A stretch of 47,557 nt of DNA, from assembly GCA_032718475.1 (NCBI GenBank), contig JAUCBJ010007416.1:1-47557 (forward strand), in the 5' to 3' direction. Below the pieces are notes generated by a model. The model was given only the letters and a program-made list of their open reading frames with translations. It ran no database searches and was not told the DNA's origin. Shown in pieces: positions 21,201 through 30,925 of the stretch. The number at the start of each line of letters is the position of its first letter. The stretch's first letter is position 1. Both the position numbers and the translations under genes were made by a program. This DNA is from Nemertoderma westbladi (taxonomy: Eukaryota; Animalia; Xenacoelomorpha).

Positions 21201-23317
21201 CGTGTAGGCTCCACACCTTGCGCATGTAATACTTCAGACCTAACAGGTTGACACAATTTTACAGGGGGTATTGGTATCCCCTTTTGGATATTGACTAATT
21301 TGTCGTGTTCTAGCGCGATACTTTGCTGCACTTCTTGCAATTCTGCCCTACCTTCCCTTACGGTTCCCTTAAGTTGGTGGACAGTCTCCTGCATCTGTCC
21401 GAGCAGGAGATTCATCCCCCGCCGTCCCTCTTCTACCCACTCGACCGCCGAAGCGGGAGTCGCCAACATTGTAGCGGGCTGACGTGGGACGACGGGAGAC
21501 AAATCTTTGATTTCTCTCTCAGCTTCCAGGACAGGGATATTCTCATGGACTGTTCTACCGGGCACAGGCAGTGTAGTACTGTGTAAAGGGAATTTAGAGT
21601 TAAGCTCTGGAAGTACAGGGGTCTCTAACACAGAAGTGACTTTGGGAACGACAGGCCTAATTATTTCAGGCTCATCAACTATTGTAGGGAGTCTTTTGAC
21701 CTGAATAGTTTGGTATGCGGGTTCCGTACAACCTAAGTCTGTGCTAGCTAGCTGTCTTCTAACAGCTGGGGGCAAATCAGGCAATTTGTGACGGTGAGAT
21801 GTTTTTCTACGCCTGCTTAGACGAGATCTATTTCCTCCGCCTTCAGGATCGGTGGTTTCGCTTTCCTCCGATGATGTGTATCCCTGGCGTTTGGGAGTAG
21901 ATCGTCTCATCATCTGCATTTGACTAGCAGTTAACTGTTTATTTATGTTGTCTTGCGTCTCTTGCAGATTTTCCAACTCCAGTTGGGTAGTCTGCTCAGA
22001 GGCTCTCCGTTCTGCTTCTGCCACTGCCTTTGCTGCCTTTCTTTCTGCTTCTGCTTCTGCCGCCGCTGCCTTTCTTTCTGCTTTTGCTTCTGCCGCCGCT
22101 GCCTTTCTTTCTACTTCTGCTTCTGCCATAGCCGCCGCCTTTTGTTCCTCTATCCGTCTTTTCTTTACTTGTTCTTCTTGGACTCTAGCGAGGCGGAGTT
22201 TTTCATCAAATTCTGCTTGGTTAGCAGCTAACATTTCAGCATCGATTGAGTCTAACACACGTTGGGTTCCTTCACTATTAGGGGAAAGTCCAGACAGCCG
22301 TCTCCTCAACTCTTCGTCTCCTAGGAATCGCTGATAGTCGGACAGATAAATGTCTATGGCGTCTCTCGTTCGTGGTCTCTCTGCGGTCTCTTCGCCTTCC
22401 ACTTGAGGAAGGGTGGCATCGGTTGGTTCTTCATAGGTTAGTCTCTCAGACAGCTGGGATTTCCACTGGTCCGTTTCTTGTACTTTGCGACCTACCCGCT
22501 GGAACCAAGTTTTGACAGCAACTTGCAGCGACGTGTCCCGTCTTCTTTTGGAAGTTTCCTCAAAGGCTGATAGGATTAGTCGAATGCGTAGGGTTCTTTC
22601 GCGTACTTGGTATAGCAGTTCTTCCTGCTCTTGAGGTCCTTGAAGTTGTCGAAACAGTTGTTCTTCCAATCGCTCCAAGGAGCCGAAGAATCCCTGCACA
22701 TATCCTGCTGCCGACCTCTTCCAAACAGCTGGATCCATCGTATCTTTAGCCACTCCCATCCTGTGTATATCTTCCCAAGTAGCCTCGGACAGATCTAACG
22801 GGAGTCCGGGTCCGGGAAAGTTCCATTGTGACTCGACAATAGACATCAATTCTTCCCTGGCGTATCCCGCATAATTATCTTGGGTCGCTCGCTTATTTCT
22901 CGCCCAATCGGCTTGATGTTCCTCCACCGCGATCAATATAGTAGTTAGCACTGCGGCAGGAAGGGTGAGAAGGGGGTCCGAGTAGGCTTTAGCCGCCATC
23001 TGCAATCCGCGTTCGGGGGTCAGCTCGACAGTATCCGAACTACTGGAGCTATCGGATCGCTGGGAACAAGTTTCTTGACTAGGCTGTTGCTGCTGTGGGA
23101 CAGCTGCTTCCTGGTTCCGTTTGACTTGGGCCCGAGTGCCAATGATAGACCTACGGTGTTGGATTAGCTTAGGGTCCGATACCACTACTGGAGGGATGAC
23201 TTTTCTTTCAGTAGGAGGTGAGCTGAACTCCTTTCTTAATCGCTCCACACTCCTATCTGTGTCACAGATGGTTGTATCGATTAGACTGTCTGACAGGTTT
23301 TGCTGAGTGTCAGACAT
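15251..23317 (-). CDS. Bel/Pao Gag-Pol polyprotein (2688 aa, uninterrupted)
   Basis: Gag core (KFNGDEMKWLPF), three Cys/His knuckles (CALC..H..C, CYNCLRPGHQRRTC, CAKCGAKHHILLH), protease LLDSGS, RT (VRVVFDGS, YMDD), Pao-type RNase H (FDPLGF, FGDAS, NPADIASRG) and integrase (H..H..CIPC; VDLFGP, SDKGTNF, WERLIRSVK). Domain order is PR-RT-RH-IN. Confidence 0.97.
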   Translation of the reverse strand: MSDTQQNLSDSLIDTTICDTDRSVERLRKEFSSPPTERKVIPPVVVSDPKLIQHRRSIIGTRAQVKRNQEAAVPQQQQPSQETCSQRSDSSSSSDTVELTPERGLQMAAKAYSDPLLTLPAAVLTTILIAVEEHQADWARNKRATQDNYAGYAREELMSIVESQWNFPGPGLPLDLSEATWEDIHRMGVAKDTMDPAVWKRSAAGYVQGFFGSLERLEEQLFRQLQGPQEQEELLYQVRERTLRIRLILSAFEETSKRRRDTSLQVAVKTWFQRVGRKVQETDQWKSQLSERLTYEEPTDATLPQVEGEETAERPRTRDAIDIYLSDYQRFLGDEELRRRLSGLSPNSEGTQRVLDSIDAEMLAANQAEFDEKLRLARVQEEQVKKRRIEEQKAAAMAEAEVERKAAAAEAKAERKAAAAEAEAERKAAKAVAEAERRASEQTTQLELENLQETQDNINKQLTASQMQMMRRSTPKRQGYTSSEESETTDPEGGGNRSRLSRRRKTSHRHKLPDLPPAVRRQLASTDLGCTEPAYQTIQVKRLPTIVDEPEIIRPVVPKVTSVLETPVLPELNSKFPLHSTTLPVPGRTVHENIPVLEAEREIKDLSPVVPRQPATMLATPASAVEWVEEGRRGMNLLLGQMQETVHQLKGTVREGRAELQEVQQSIALEHDKLVNIQKGIPIPPVKLCQPVRSEVLHAQGVEPTRIYTASEVETPIANPIKGDYRPVINDIPYRPDNDPRNLYTDNSILNNTMAQESFTHQMARTEARQAVKVGEIVKFNGDEMKWLPFNEYYKDSIQNSVLSNGEKLRFLIKCLEGPPRLMALKFVGHPEGLRQVWDTLNIRYGNKDNIAKYLYAKLVAPRHFLSSGIIEFSNEIQEICRQLDWLGKSHEYQSSMVIGAVVSTLPKGGVCTRWDKKVLYINEQQRRSPTMADLMSFLDGEVKLQLIKQSREKTSENKVSEKPASRRRVTPVCYTDDGESQASQEEDSGKDTERSYYVDKTSKDVSKYKARNNNRREQVAKTPPQSPNRMHRRKPEEKTRVHQVTQGKVSNIKPNCALCDGTHRLSACAEFLKKSLVDRRAVVWDKRLCYNCLRPGHQRRTCYSDIKCAKCGAKHHILLHSEFERDKLSQVSEPELHVQFSDVNDTDQESEMEGFYTDEFSDANESCYLINTAVYRALTYEKDTNDEFPPTTFAKQPSWKAPTSNVGIREFPVVQVRVHGLNKSYIVNALLDSGSTGTFIDQELAKDIFTGQPKFRTKLNMSGIMQVWKSTLTADYYVGVLSTPQDKLGAQGIRSVKMVAIKNFATTQADLYNWDEDESIQHLKIPRFQTDYPGVQILIGQNAHEALETLEKWPAQPQPLQTYAVRTRVGWYFTGPSRRTLEERMPQEQIYQVNDWEVESSEVDELTEGTPYSSDNDDIYQLFDEENTIDLLTENQTWKNQVNLCQLIRPSEPIAYNDELNDEIECYNARTRDELAVRFFTQELVEPNSYDKALSIEEERAKQIQETTTRFLKDQGRYEIGLPFRKREPRFINNRPLAEKRIAQLHRRLTANASAKEMYQTQLKKFITNGYAERVPEGTPVTERTYYLTHHYVPKPGKPHEVRVVFDGSALYMGQSLNSELLPGPNLLQSLLGILLRLRQYSIAFASDIEGMFLQVKALYRDRDSLRFLWWPEGDLNQKPVEYWMTIQAFGIISSPSNACSVVRTTANDNRDSFSKEVIDNIKRNIYMDDNLRSLPSVEEAIDVAKGTVECLKRGGFRLTKFTSNSREFLEAIPVEDRGAKDLDLIKDDLPETKTLGLKWDTERDILFFQLKQRDNPVRTKRICLSILSTYFDPLGFISPVILIARSLVQQMWLENHSWDDPLKGELLRKWMKWEDSLPAIENFIISRAYFGHVLPMYSYQLHVFGDASDMGIGIVAYLRVETPDGIKVALVTSKALINNKVKVPRAELKAALYATAIGRNVTEQIDYPLEKTVYWTDALLVLEYLTNEVCQFSVFVTNRVAIILSRTKIDQWRHCPGTINPADIASRGATPQELIDTPDWLGGPDFLSKEEDEWPPHLTTAEIRQAKGAETVKPKTWASKSKLFKPTIDLSVLHTSGNDASDPQSLNTNKSVVEIRDRDWKSGIPDVSQGISPMLQRAMRHYSSWNRLCKAVTYLRRCLHHHYSRTKNTSDTAPLTSAQVHVIKNLPKYKTSDRFLKEKISHQEHEETNKQILRLLQCYEDPEKYFLLLRNPQMRLRDRFSSTMIDGLIRVGGRLTNAPLSFDTKFPILIRNLEVQIKMIVDVHSKLYHAGRERILSEIRTRYYFDKPRRALNQVLRNCIPCRKAFSRPLTQREAELPRERVSFYEPPFTNTGVDLFGPIEVYRARTIVKRWCVIFVCMTCRAIHLDMVNDLSTNSFVLSLRRQIARFGTSNTMRSDKGTNFIGANNEIQAYVKDWNQRQVDDQLRITASSWTFNAADAPWWGGSWERLIRSVKTAFHFIVPCRAYLTDELLRTLMEEIAAYLNERPLMPVSSSPDSLEALTPAHFLLKKPVAMLPRSEIADGDEYCRRTWQLMQLLSRRFADHFEKHYLPTLQLRTKWFAQQENVSAGDMVLIVDPDLPRKRWQTGRIIETHISDDGLVRSVELIVMRRNFKKPGIIFETQQLNRPVGRLCLLERDRELSGNYGKQDTLPTTTSLIPQTSRDSPT

Positions 23318-23419
23318 GTTTAGCTATACAGTTGAATGCTTACTGCTATAGTTACAGTTAAAGCAAGTCTAGTAATTCAGTATGACCGTTGGCCTAGTAC
23401 CAGTAATTTATTGCAGTAT

Positions 23420-23670
23420 ATTAGAATACCGGTATGCACTTATAATATATATAAGTATTGTAAACTAGTTTTGTCACAGAGTACCGGTATATAAATTTAG
23501 CACAAATATATATAAATATATAATAGGCCTATCGTGAATACCGGTATACAGCTTACACTTATAGTATATATAAGTATAATTATGAACTAGAATTAATTAC
23601 AAAATACCGGTATGATTTTAGCTCAAATTTATAGAAATAAATATAATAAGCCTATGGTAAATACCGGTAT
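23420..23670. repeat. Leader tandem array centred on TACCGGTA (5 copies), copy A
   Basis: TACCGGTA at about 23427, 23482, 23539, 23605 and 23662; homologous to 9770-10150. Confidence 0.8.
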
Positions 23671-24599
23671 GTCAATTATTTTAGAATAATTGAATTTCTG
23701 AATATTTTAGGGTTACTTGATTACTTTAACTTACTTTATTACCGTTATTTAAGCAGTAGTCCAACTGATATTGAGACCTAGTTGTTGTATGGCAGGCCTA
23801 CTATTTATAAATCGTTTGAGTTGATTTATAATATTTATATACCCGTTTAAAATGGGTTTTGTCAATATTTGAAATAAATGTTATTATTTCTGGGGTCACT
23901 ACACAGAAGCTGTGCGCTCTCAGTGGAGTGCTACTTATTTGACACTAAAACAGATAATTCTAATTTTCCTAAGTTACTTAATACTACAAATTACTTACGA
24001 TACGGGTGAGATTAATTCTCTAATTAAACACAACAAAAAATATTACGTACGAAATTTTAGGGTAATTTTACAGGAAGTCTACAAACCAGCCTAACAAAGG
24101 GTTAGATTTCTGGTTATTACAACGGACAGGGTACTACGGTATTTGAAATAATAAGTAGTAGTAAATATATTGCGCTGTCCAGATAGGAAAATACCACCGC
24201 CTGACGACCTATAGCCGTATCGCTATAGGTACTACGTTATGTATCACGGAGTGTTCCTACCTGGAAGTTAATTACCGTGGACTACCAGATCCAACGTGCC
24301 TATTAACCACTTTACAACACAAATATACTGCCTACACACTAATTACCTCGGAAAGCACTGTACACTAAACCCTAAATTAGGTACAAGTACTGGTACAACA
24401 AATAATCAGTAGTTAAATATACTTGAACAGTTAAAAGAACCACGACATCTGCTGGAGTGACCGAAGCACAAAGTCACCAGTCTTTTCCTACGCCTAGCAG
24501 CCCGTGTAGTACCGGGGTTAATTTAACTATAACGGTATGTGTAACAAACACAATTACTGTAGGAATAAACTTGGGGACATGAATGTTGCGAATAATCGC

Positions 24600-25140
24600 A
24601 TAAACTCTGAATAATAAATATTACGCTACCCGTACAGAATACTCAAACAAAATACAAACCAAACGCTGGCAGACTACCACCAAGCCTAAATAAACTACTG
24701 TATGTGTAGATTCCAAAACGGTTAGTTAGTATGCGTTCTAACACGGTAGTACGACTTATTCTTTAAGAGGGGATTGACCTTACAGCTATGGCTGCCCCAA
24801 CTTACTAACTGGCACTTTATCAGACAAACTCTACACAAGCAGCAATCTCTTCAGACCTAATAATAGCTAGACAACAATCCAGCCTACAAAATATCTGAGT
24901 AATAACTATTACGGTACCTGAACAGACCACACAAACAAACACAGGCCAAAACGCTGGCAGAGTACTGTCAAGCCTAAATAAACTACAGTATGTGCAGATT
25001 CCAAAATTGTTAGTTAGTATGCGTTCTAACACGGTAGTACGACTTATTCTTTAAGAGGGGATTGACCTTACAGCTATGGCTGCCCCAACTTACTAACTGG
25101 CACTCTATCGGACAAACTCTACACACGCCGCAATCTCTCC
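24600..25140. repeat. Tandem duplication (period about 290 bp) in the copy A leader
   Basis: aaacgctggcaga...gttagttagtatgcgttctaacacggtagtacgacttattctttaagaggggattgaccttacagctatggctgccccaacttactaactggcact is present twice; copy B has one diverged unit. Confidence 0.85.
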
Positions 25141-25357
25141 AAACTCAACAACAATCTAACAACAGTCCGGCCTACAATTATCTGAACAATCTGAGCAGAC
25201 TTACACGTCTTCAGCTCAATATTAACTTACATGTAAATAAAACCGACAGAAATGAGTAAAATCTCAATAAAAAACCAGGGCTGCAGTCCCTGATTAAATA
25301 CTAAGACCTACCAGTATACAATAATCAAAATCGAATAATACTAATGTACTTATACTG

Positions 25358-25505
25358 GAAGTACCGGTTAGGACAGTTGGGCCTACGGACCTACAGAAGT
25401 ACCGGTTCTGGCAGTTGGACCTACGGACCTACAGCAGTACCGGTTCTGGCAGTTGGGCCTACGGACCTACAGAAGTACCGGTTCAGGTTTACCGGTCGAC
25501 CGGTA
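25358..25505. repeat. About 38-39-bp tandem repeat (x3+) containing ACCGGT palindromes
   Basis: agtaccggttctggcagttgg(g/a)cctacggacctacag repeated, ending in accggtcgaccggt. Confidence 0.8.
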
Positions 25506-26626
25506 CTTTCAACTTTATTGCTTACTGCAATAAAGTCAATAACTGTTATTGTACGCGCTTTTGAAGACCTTTAGCAGTTTAACCTGCCAAAATTTATATG
25601 TCTTTTGGTTTATAAATAGACTTTAGAAGATGACAAATATTTTATACCAATAAACACAACATTAGCAGAAGCCAGCCTAGTGCGCGTCCATTCACCCGCT
25701 GGATATACCCGGGAGACTGGATTCTGAGGGCTTAGATTATTATTGCAGTGTAAGCTTACTGTATTGTATTATTCGATTGATCGTTAATAAATAATTTCTG
25801 ACTAATATTATTCACTTTCGGGAAATATTAACAGTTCCTTTAGGACGTGGCGCTCTATCTAAGTAAACAGAGATATGACTTATACTAATCACAACGGTAA
25901 GTCGGTAAGGCTTATGATTCACGTATGAGGCGCATTCTTTAGGAAATGCTTAGTTATCAATCACAATCATGCACACTACCGGTAACACACAATACTGCTC
26001 ACTAATTTGCCGACCGTCAATGAATTTTATCATATATAAAGCGAACAGCAATTGACTCATGTAGGGCTTACCAAATAGCATTAAATTCACTACAAACCAC
26101 AACAATATAAGTCGCAATCGCTATATATAACCCGTCTCTCTAACCTGTAGTGTATCAAGAAAATTGGGAAATTTGGGTTCTTTATATATGTTCTCCAAAT
26201 AATATTCAACCAAAACACAACAGTAAATAGCAGTATAATAATGTATGTTGAACCGATAATGCAAAACTGAACGGAGTTGCACCGATTGATATGGACCGAT
26301 AACAGTTATACGCTCTATAATTTAAGCCTACTAATGTTTCTTCTAAAGTATGAAAACGAATTGACTCTAGAGCCGTTGTTCCTGGCCTAGATAGCAACAA
26401 CACAAAGTATATAGAAAAAACAGTAAGACTGAACACTCCTAGTATGATCGACCAAATATCTACACGTCGACAGAAAAAATCGCTCTGATTGGCTCAAGCC
26501 AAACAAAGAACCATGCGTCCAATGGCTGTTTCCATGCCAGCAACCAGCTGCTAGATGTCGCAATCTGAATCATCACGGCTAAGCTGTGAAAGGTATTTGG
26601 TGCATTGCAGGTTTTTTGCCTTACCA

Positions 26627-26808
26627 TGTCCGCCAAAACACGTATATAGCAGAATGACTTTTATGTCCGTTAAAACACCTATAACGGTACCTTGCGGGCG
26701 AGGGGAATATATATACAGTTAGAGAACCTTTTAGAGTATTCCAGCGCCTGGGGGGGAAACTGGATTGCGAAGCAAAGGGGCCAGTTATATCCCACAGAAG
26801 CTTTTACA
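26627..26808 (-). repeat. Putative 5' LTR of copy A
   Basis: Matches 11913-12094 with one substitution seen; TG...CA termini; flanked by LINE sequence. Confidence 0.6.
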
Positions 26809-27405
26809 CTCTCAATGGGATCCCTGATGCGATTTAATAGAATTCTATATATAGCTTTGCAGCAATCGAGATCAATGAGATTCCCCGAAAAGAACCATAG
26901 AGTGTTAGGTTGCCCTTCTTGGGAACTGGCACCAACCTATTTGTTTTCATTTCTTGTGGGACTCTTGTTGTACGGTACATGTCTACTATGATGGGATAGA
27001 TGAGCTTTAAACACTCAGGTATTTTAAAGACCTCAGGGGGAACACCATCTACTCCACTGGCACGATTGGTCTTAATGCTCTTTGCAGCAGACTTCACTTC
27101 TGCAAATGAGATATCGCCAATGGGAATATCGGGGAGTACAGACTCAGACACTTTTAAATCTATAAAGTTATCAGGCAATACCCTGTCATTATTGAGGAGC
27201 TTTTCAAAGTGGGCCTTCCAACTATTGAGGCGATCGGCTGGTGATTCAGCCTTAACCTTGGTGGTTGGTTGGCTTTTCCGCCCAGTAAGCAAGTTGATCG
27301 ATTTCCATGCCTGGGATGATTGCCTGCTGTCGTCAGCATCATTGATGGCATCAACCTGTTGGTTTATTAGCTCCTGTAGATTAACAGAGTACTGCCTGTT
27401 CAGGG
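26809..27405 (-). mobile_element. Non-LTR retrotransposon (RTE-like LINE) ORF fragment, interrupted by the Bel/Pao insertion
   Basis: WKAHFEKLLN, ISFAEVKSAAKSIKTNRASGVDGVPPEVFK and PVPKKGNL..FRGISLISIAAKLY. After a frameshift it continues RILLNRIRDPIE up to the LTR. These are pre-RT/early RT motifs of APE-type LINEs. Confidence 0.85.
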
Positions 27406-27409
27406 ATAT

Positions 27410-27651
27410 TTAATGAAATGTAATTTTCAAAAAACGTCTCAATAAAAGTGCCAAAAGTAGGGTTAAAAAATGGTGCTATAACTCGAAAAGTACCCAATAT
27501 TTTTGAAAACCGTTTTCACTACTAGGAAGACAATAGATTTTTAGGAAAAGTCATAAAATTTCAGATTCCCAACTGCGTTTGTTTCAGAATTATAATAAAA
27601 AAAACCACGGGGGGGGGGTCATATTGACCCCCCCCCCCGGGTTTAATAGGG
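27410..27651. mobile_element. One end of a piggyBac-like MITE
   Basis: Terminates in ...TAATAGGG followed by TTAA (27652-27655), with a subterminal palindrome G-run GTCATATTGAC C-run. The other end was not found. Confidence 0.5.
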
Positions 27652-27889
27652 TTAAGGCTAACAGACTTATAGTTTAAGGACTGGTGGAAGGGGAAGTGAA
27701 AAGGACTGACAGATTGTCAGGTTTTACCAGCTGACCTTTATTCCATGTTCCGGTACCCACTATGCACTAACTGCACTTCTCCAATACACAGCAACATGTT
27801 GGAATTGTTCTCAAATAACTCATCATCAAGGCCACCATCTCTGTCTGCCGCAGTGTCATTGGCGACCTGGAGAATTAAATTACATTATC

Positions 27890-29390
27890 ATGAAGTAATG
27901 ACTAGTTACCTCATGGACAACCTGGTGGAGTTGGTCCTGGAGGCCGAATGCGAATGTTCCTCCTGAACCTACTACCTTCCCTACTCATTATGTAATCAAG
28001 AAGTGGAAGGGTGGAACGATGCGGGTGTTGAATGACGCTGCAGCGACAATCCAGGTAGAATCCCTTAATAGTCAGCTATACACCGGACCCAATATCTACA
28101 GCACCTTGGTTAACATGCTACTGCGATTCCAGGACAACAGCATCGCTTTCACCCACAACATAAAGGCTATGTTCCATCAAGTACGGACATTGCCACAAGA
28201 TTCGGACAGCCAATTGATCCTCTGGACTGACAAGGATGAACTCGCCATCCCCAAGATCAACCATCTCCAAATGAGGGATGTCGATATAATACAAATGGTA
28301 GTTCGCATCTTCAGGGCGAAAGACTCTCCAGTAGTAAATAGTGATTTGATAAAGAAGATGGGCGATATGTTCGAAGATGAGAATACTCCCGAGGTAATCA
28401 GCAATATACAGTGATCTTTCTATGTGGATGAAGGATGCTGGGGGCTGAAACTGTCGATGATGCATATGATCTAGCCATGGGATGAATGGTGGAATACCAA
28501 GGCAAAGCGGGATTTCCATTGGTTAAGATCAGGTAACCGAACGAAGAGCTAATGAGAAGGTTGCCTGAAGGGATAAAACTCGACCACAAGAAAATGTATT
28601 CCGGGAAACTTAACACCGAGTCCTAGGTATTGAATGGGACATGCAAGAGTTTGAGTTCCTTTTTAAATATACACCAGTGGACTGGCCTTTTATCAAAAGG
28701 GGGTGCCTCTCAATTAAAAGTTCCATATTTGATCCCTTAAACTTCATATCACCCGTCACATTGACTGGGATGAAATTAATTAAGGAAATGTGGATTAGCA
28801 GGCTCGGCTGGGACCAGGATTTACCCCTGGTGATTCGGAAGAAGTGGGAAGTCTGGGTAAAGAATTTGGAGAAACTGAACTTAATGAAAATCCCACAGGC
28901 ATTTTTCCTGGAGAAACGTCCTGGAGATATCTACCAACTCCATACCTTCTCAGATGCGTCCAATGATGGCATCGGTGTGGTCACCTATCTGAGAAAGATA
29001 GACGATGACGGGGGTATTGATACAAGTTTCAAGTGTGCAAAGACGGTATCAGGGGAGTTTGTGGCAACTATGCCGAGACTGGATCTTCAAGCTGCCATTT
29101 GGGCCGTTCAACAAAACCGAATTATCATAAGGGAGCTCGCATAACAGCGCAGAAAACACTTCTGGGTAGACTCCAGTATCGTCCTCTACTACCTTCACTC
29201 GCCATCCTGGAGACACATCACATTTGTTGCCAACCGTGCTACCGAGATCAAACAGTGCATGGACTGCGAGCAGTGGCACCACATTGCCGGCAAACAAAAC
29301 CCTGCGGATATCACCTTTCGCTGAGCCAGTCCATGCCAGCTAGGAACTAGCCAAATCTGGTTAGAGGGTCCAGAGTTCTTGAGACAACCT
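27890..29390 (+). pseudogene. Old, divergent Bel/Pao pol fragment (RT-RNase H), different family from A and B
   Basis: SLNSQLYTGPN, IKAMFHQV, FYVDE, VLGIEWD, IFDPLNFISPV, LHTFSDAS, FWVDS, FVANR, NPADI and WLEGPEFL, spread across frameshifted ORFs. Confidence 0.88.
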
Positions 29391-30107
29391 CAACTCACCT
29401 GGTGTGTGAAGTTTGATCCGGCATGGGACTGCAGGAAGTACTCGGAAGATGATAAAGATCTCCGATATGACATCATGTACCCTGCGATTATCCACGGGGG
29501 ATCTCATTTAGCAATACAATGAAAGCTACAGCGAGCGAGCCTGAAAAGGATTCGAGCGTTGGGGTTCCACTTGGTCTTAGAAGCCCTGCCACCACCTCCG
29601 CCATCGATAGGGATAGACCCGACCGACTACCGGCGGTCCTTTGACGCCTTCCGACTGACTTATGACAGTCACAGACTGACTGGTCATGCGGGTTTCAAAC
29701 GTAGTTCTGGGAGGGGGGGGGGGGGGGGAGGGGGGGGGGGGGTGGGGGTTAAAATCGAACTAAAATAAAGTTCTCTGCTTAATTAAATAATTTGTACTGT
29801 AGGCTTATTAATATTGTTATAAACTCATTCATTGTGTATTCTATTTATATTGGCGTATTGGAGAGTCCCATATATTTGGAATCAGCCTTAAAATCGTTAG
29901 AGAACAAGATCAGTTCGAATAAATTGATGATTCAACCCAACTCGTTCTTTTTCAATTTGACTGCATTATCCAACCACACCCAGATACAATATCCAGTCAC
30001 TAGTATTGCTGAGATCTACAAACCCTCTCGAACTTACATCGGCGTTAGGAATAACGGCAACATATTCCGTTGTTGAATAAATATATTAGTTGAATAATGA
30101 CTATATA

Positions 30108-30292
30108 CGTCATTGTTCAAAAAATAGCACTTTATTTATAGCGTTACGGCATGAGTGATTTTGAATAAAATGAAATTCTGTATTAACCTCGCTACGCTCG
30201 GTAAATAAAATATCTGGAGTCTAGTGAAAATAATGTTCTTCACTATTTACCATGCAATAAATAATTATAAAGTGCTAATTATGAACAATGGC
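30108..30292. mobile_element. Short palindromic MITE-like element
   Basis: Arms cgtcattgttcaaaaaatagcactttat and ataaagtgctaattatgaacaatggcg are imperfect inverted repeats, with a central cctcgctacgctcgg motif. Confidence 0.55.
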
Positions 30293-30447
30293 GAATCCAA
30301 TTTTATTTATTTGTGAGGAATTATGTGTAATTATGCACTTAAACGTTCTAGAACAACCTAATAATGATGCGGTGACATACTGGATGAAAACTGGAAATAC
30401 ATATTAAATGTATTGCTTACGGACTTTCTTGACTCTCCATGACTTTC

Positions 30448-30560
30448 CATGACTTTCTTGAGACGCATCTTAAAGGACACTGGCCTTAAAGACGCGGATG
30501 ATTTAGCAAATGTCATGGGTGATAGGGAGTTGTGGCGGCGCAATTTTATCGACAAGCCGG
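30448..30560 (+). mobile_element. 3' end fragment of an RTE-like LINE (copy 1)
   Basis: Translates MTFLRRILKDTGLKDADDLANVMGDRELWRRNF, resembling the DRxxWR C-terminus of RTE-type ORFs. Related copy at 30820. Confidence 0.6.
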
Positions 30561-30819
30561 CAGAGCATTCTTAAAAATACAGCTGCAATGCAGCATGCCG
30601 ATCCTAGTAGTAGTATTGCTTAGGGACATACTGAGAAATAATGTCGCACTGTGTTATAAAGTTAGTAAATCTGTCGCACTGGCGAGTAGGCAGTGCGAAA
30701 TTAATTCCATACAAATAAATAAAAAGGGATATGAATTTCATCAATATTCATATTAAAGTGATTAATTAATTAAGTTAAGCGTTCGAAACCCCAGGCTCCA
30801 TGCTGAGAGAGAGGATAGC

Positions 30820-30925
30820 CCATGACTTTCTTGAGAGGCCTCTCACTAAGGGACACTGGTCTTGAAGATGCGGATGATCTTCATGATCTGAAGTCATGGA
30901 GTTGTGGCCGCGCAATTTTGTCGAT
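30820..30925 (+). mobile_element. 3' end fragment of an RTE-like LINE (copy 2, more decayed)
   Basis: ccatgactttcttgaga...ggacactgg.ctt.aaga.gcggatgat...ggagttgtggc.gcgcaatttt matches 30448-30550. Confidence 0.55.

Larger units (their letters stand above)
11913..26808 (-). mobile_element. Bel/Pao LTR retrotransposon copy A, full length (about 14.9 kb)
   Basis: LTR - 3.3-kb leader - single gag-pol ORF - 1.6-kb spacer - ORF2 - PPT - LTR. The 5' LTR abuts interrupted LINE coding sequence at 26809. Confidence 0.92.
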
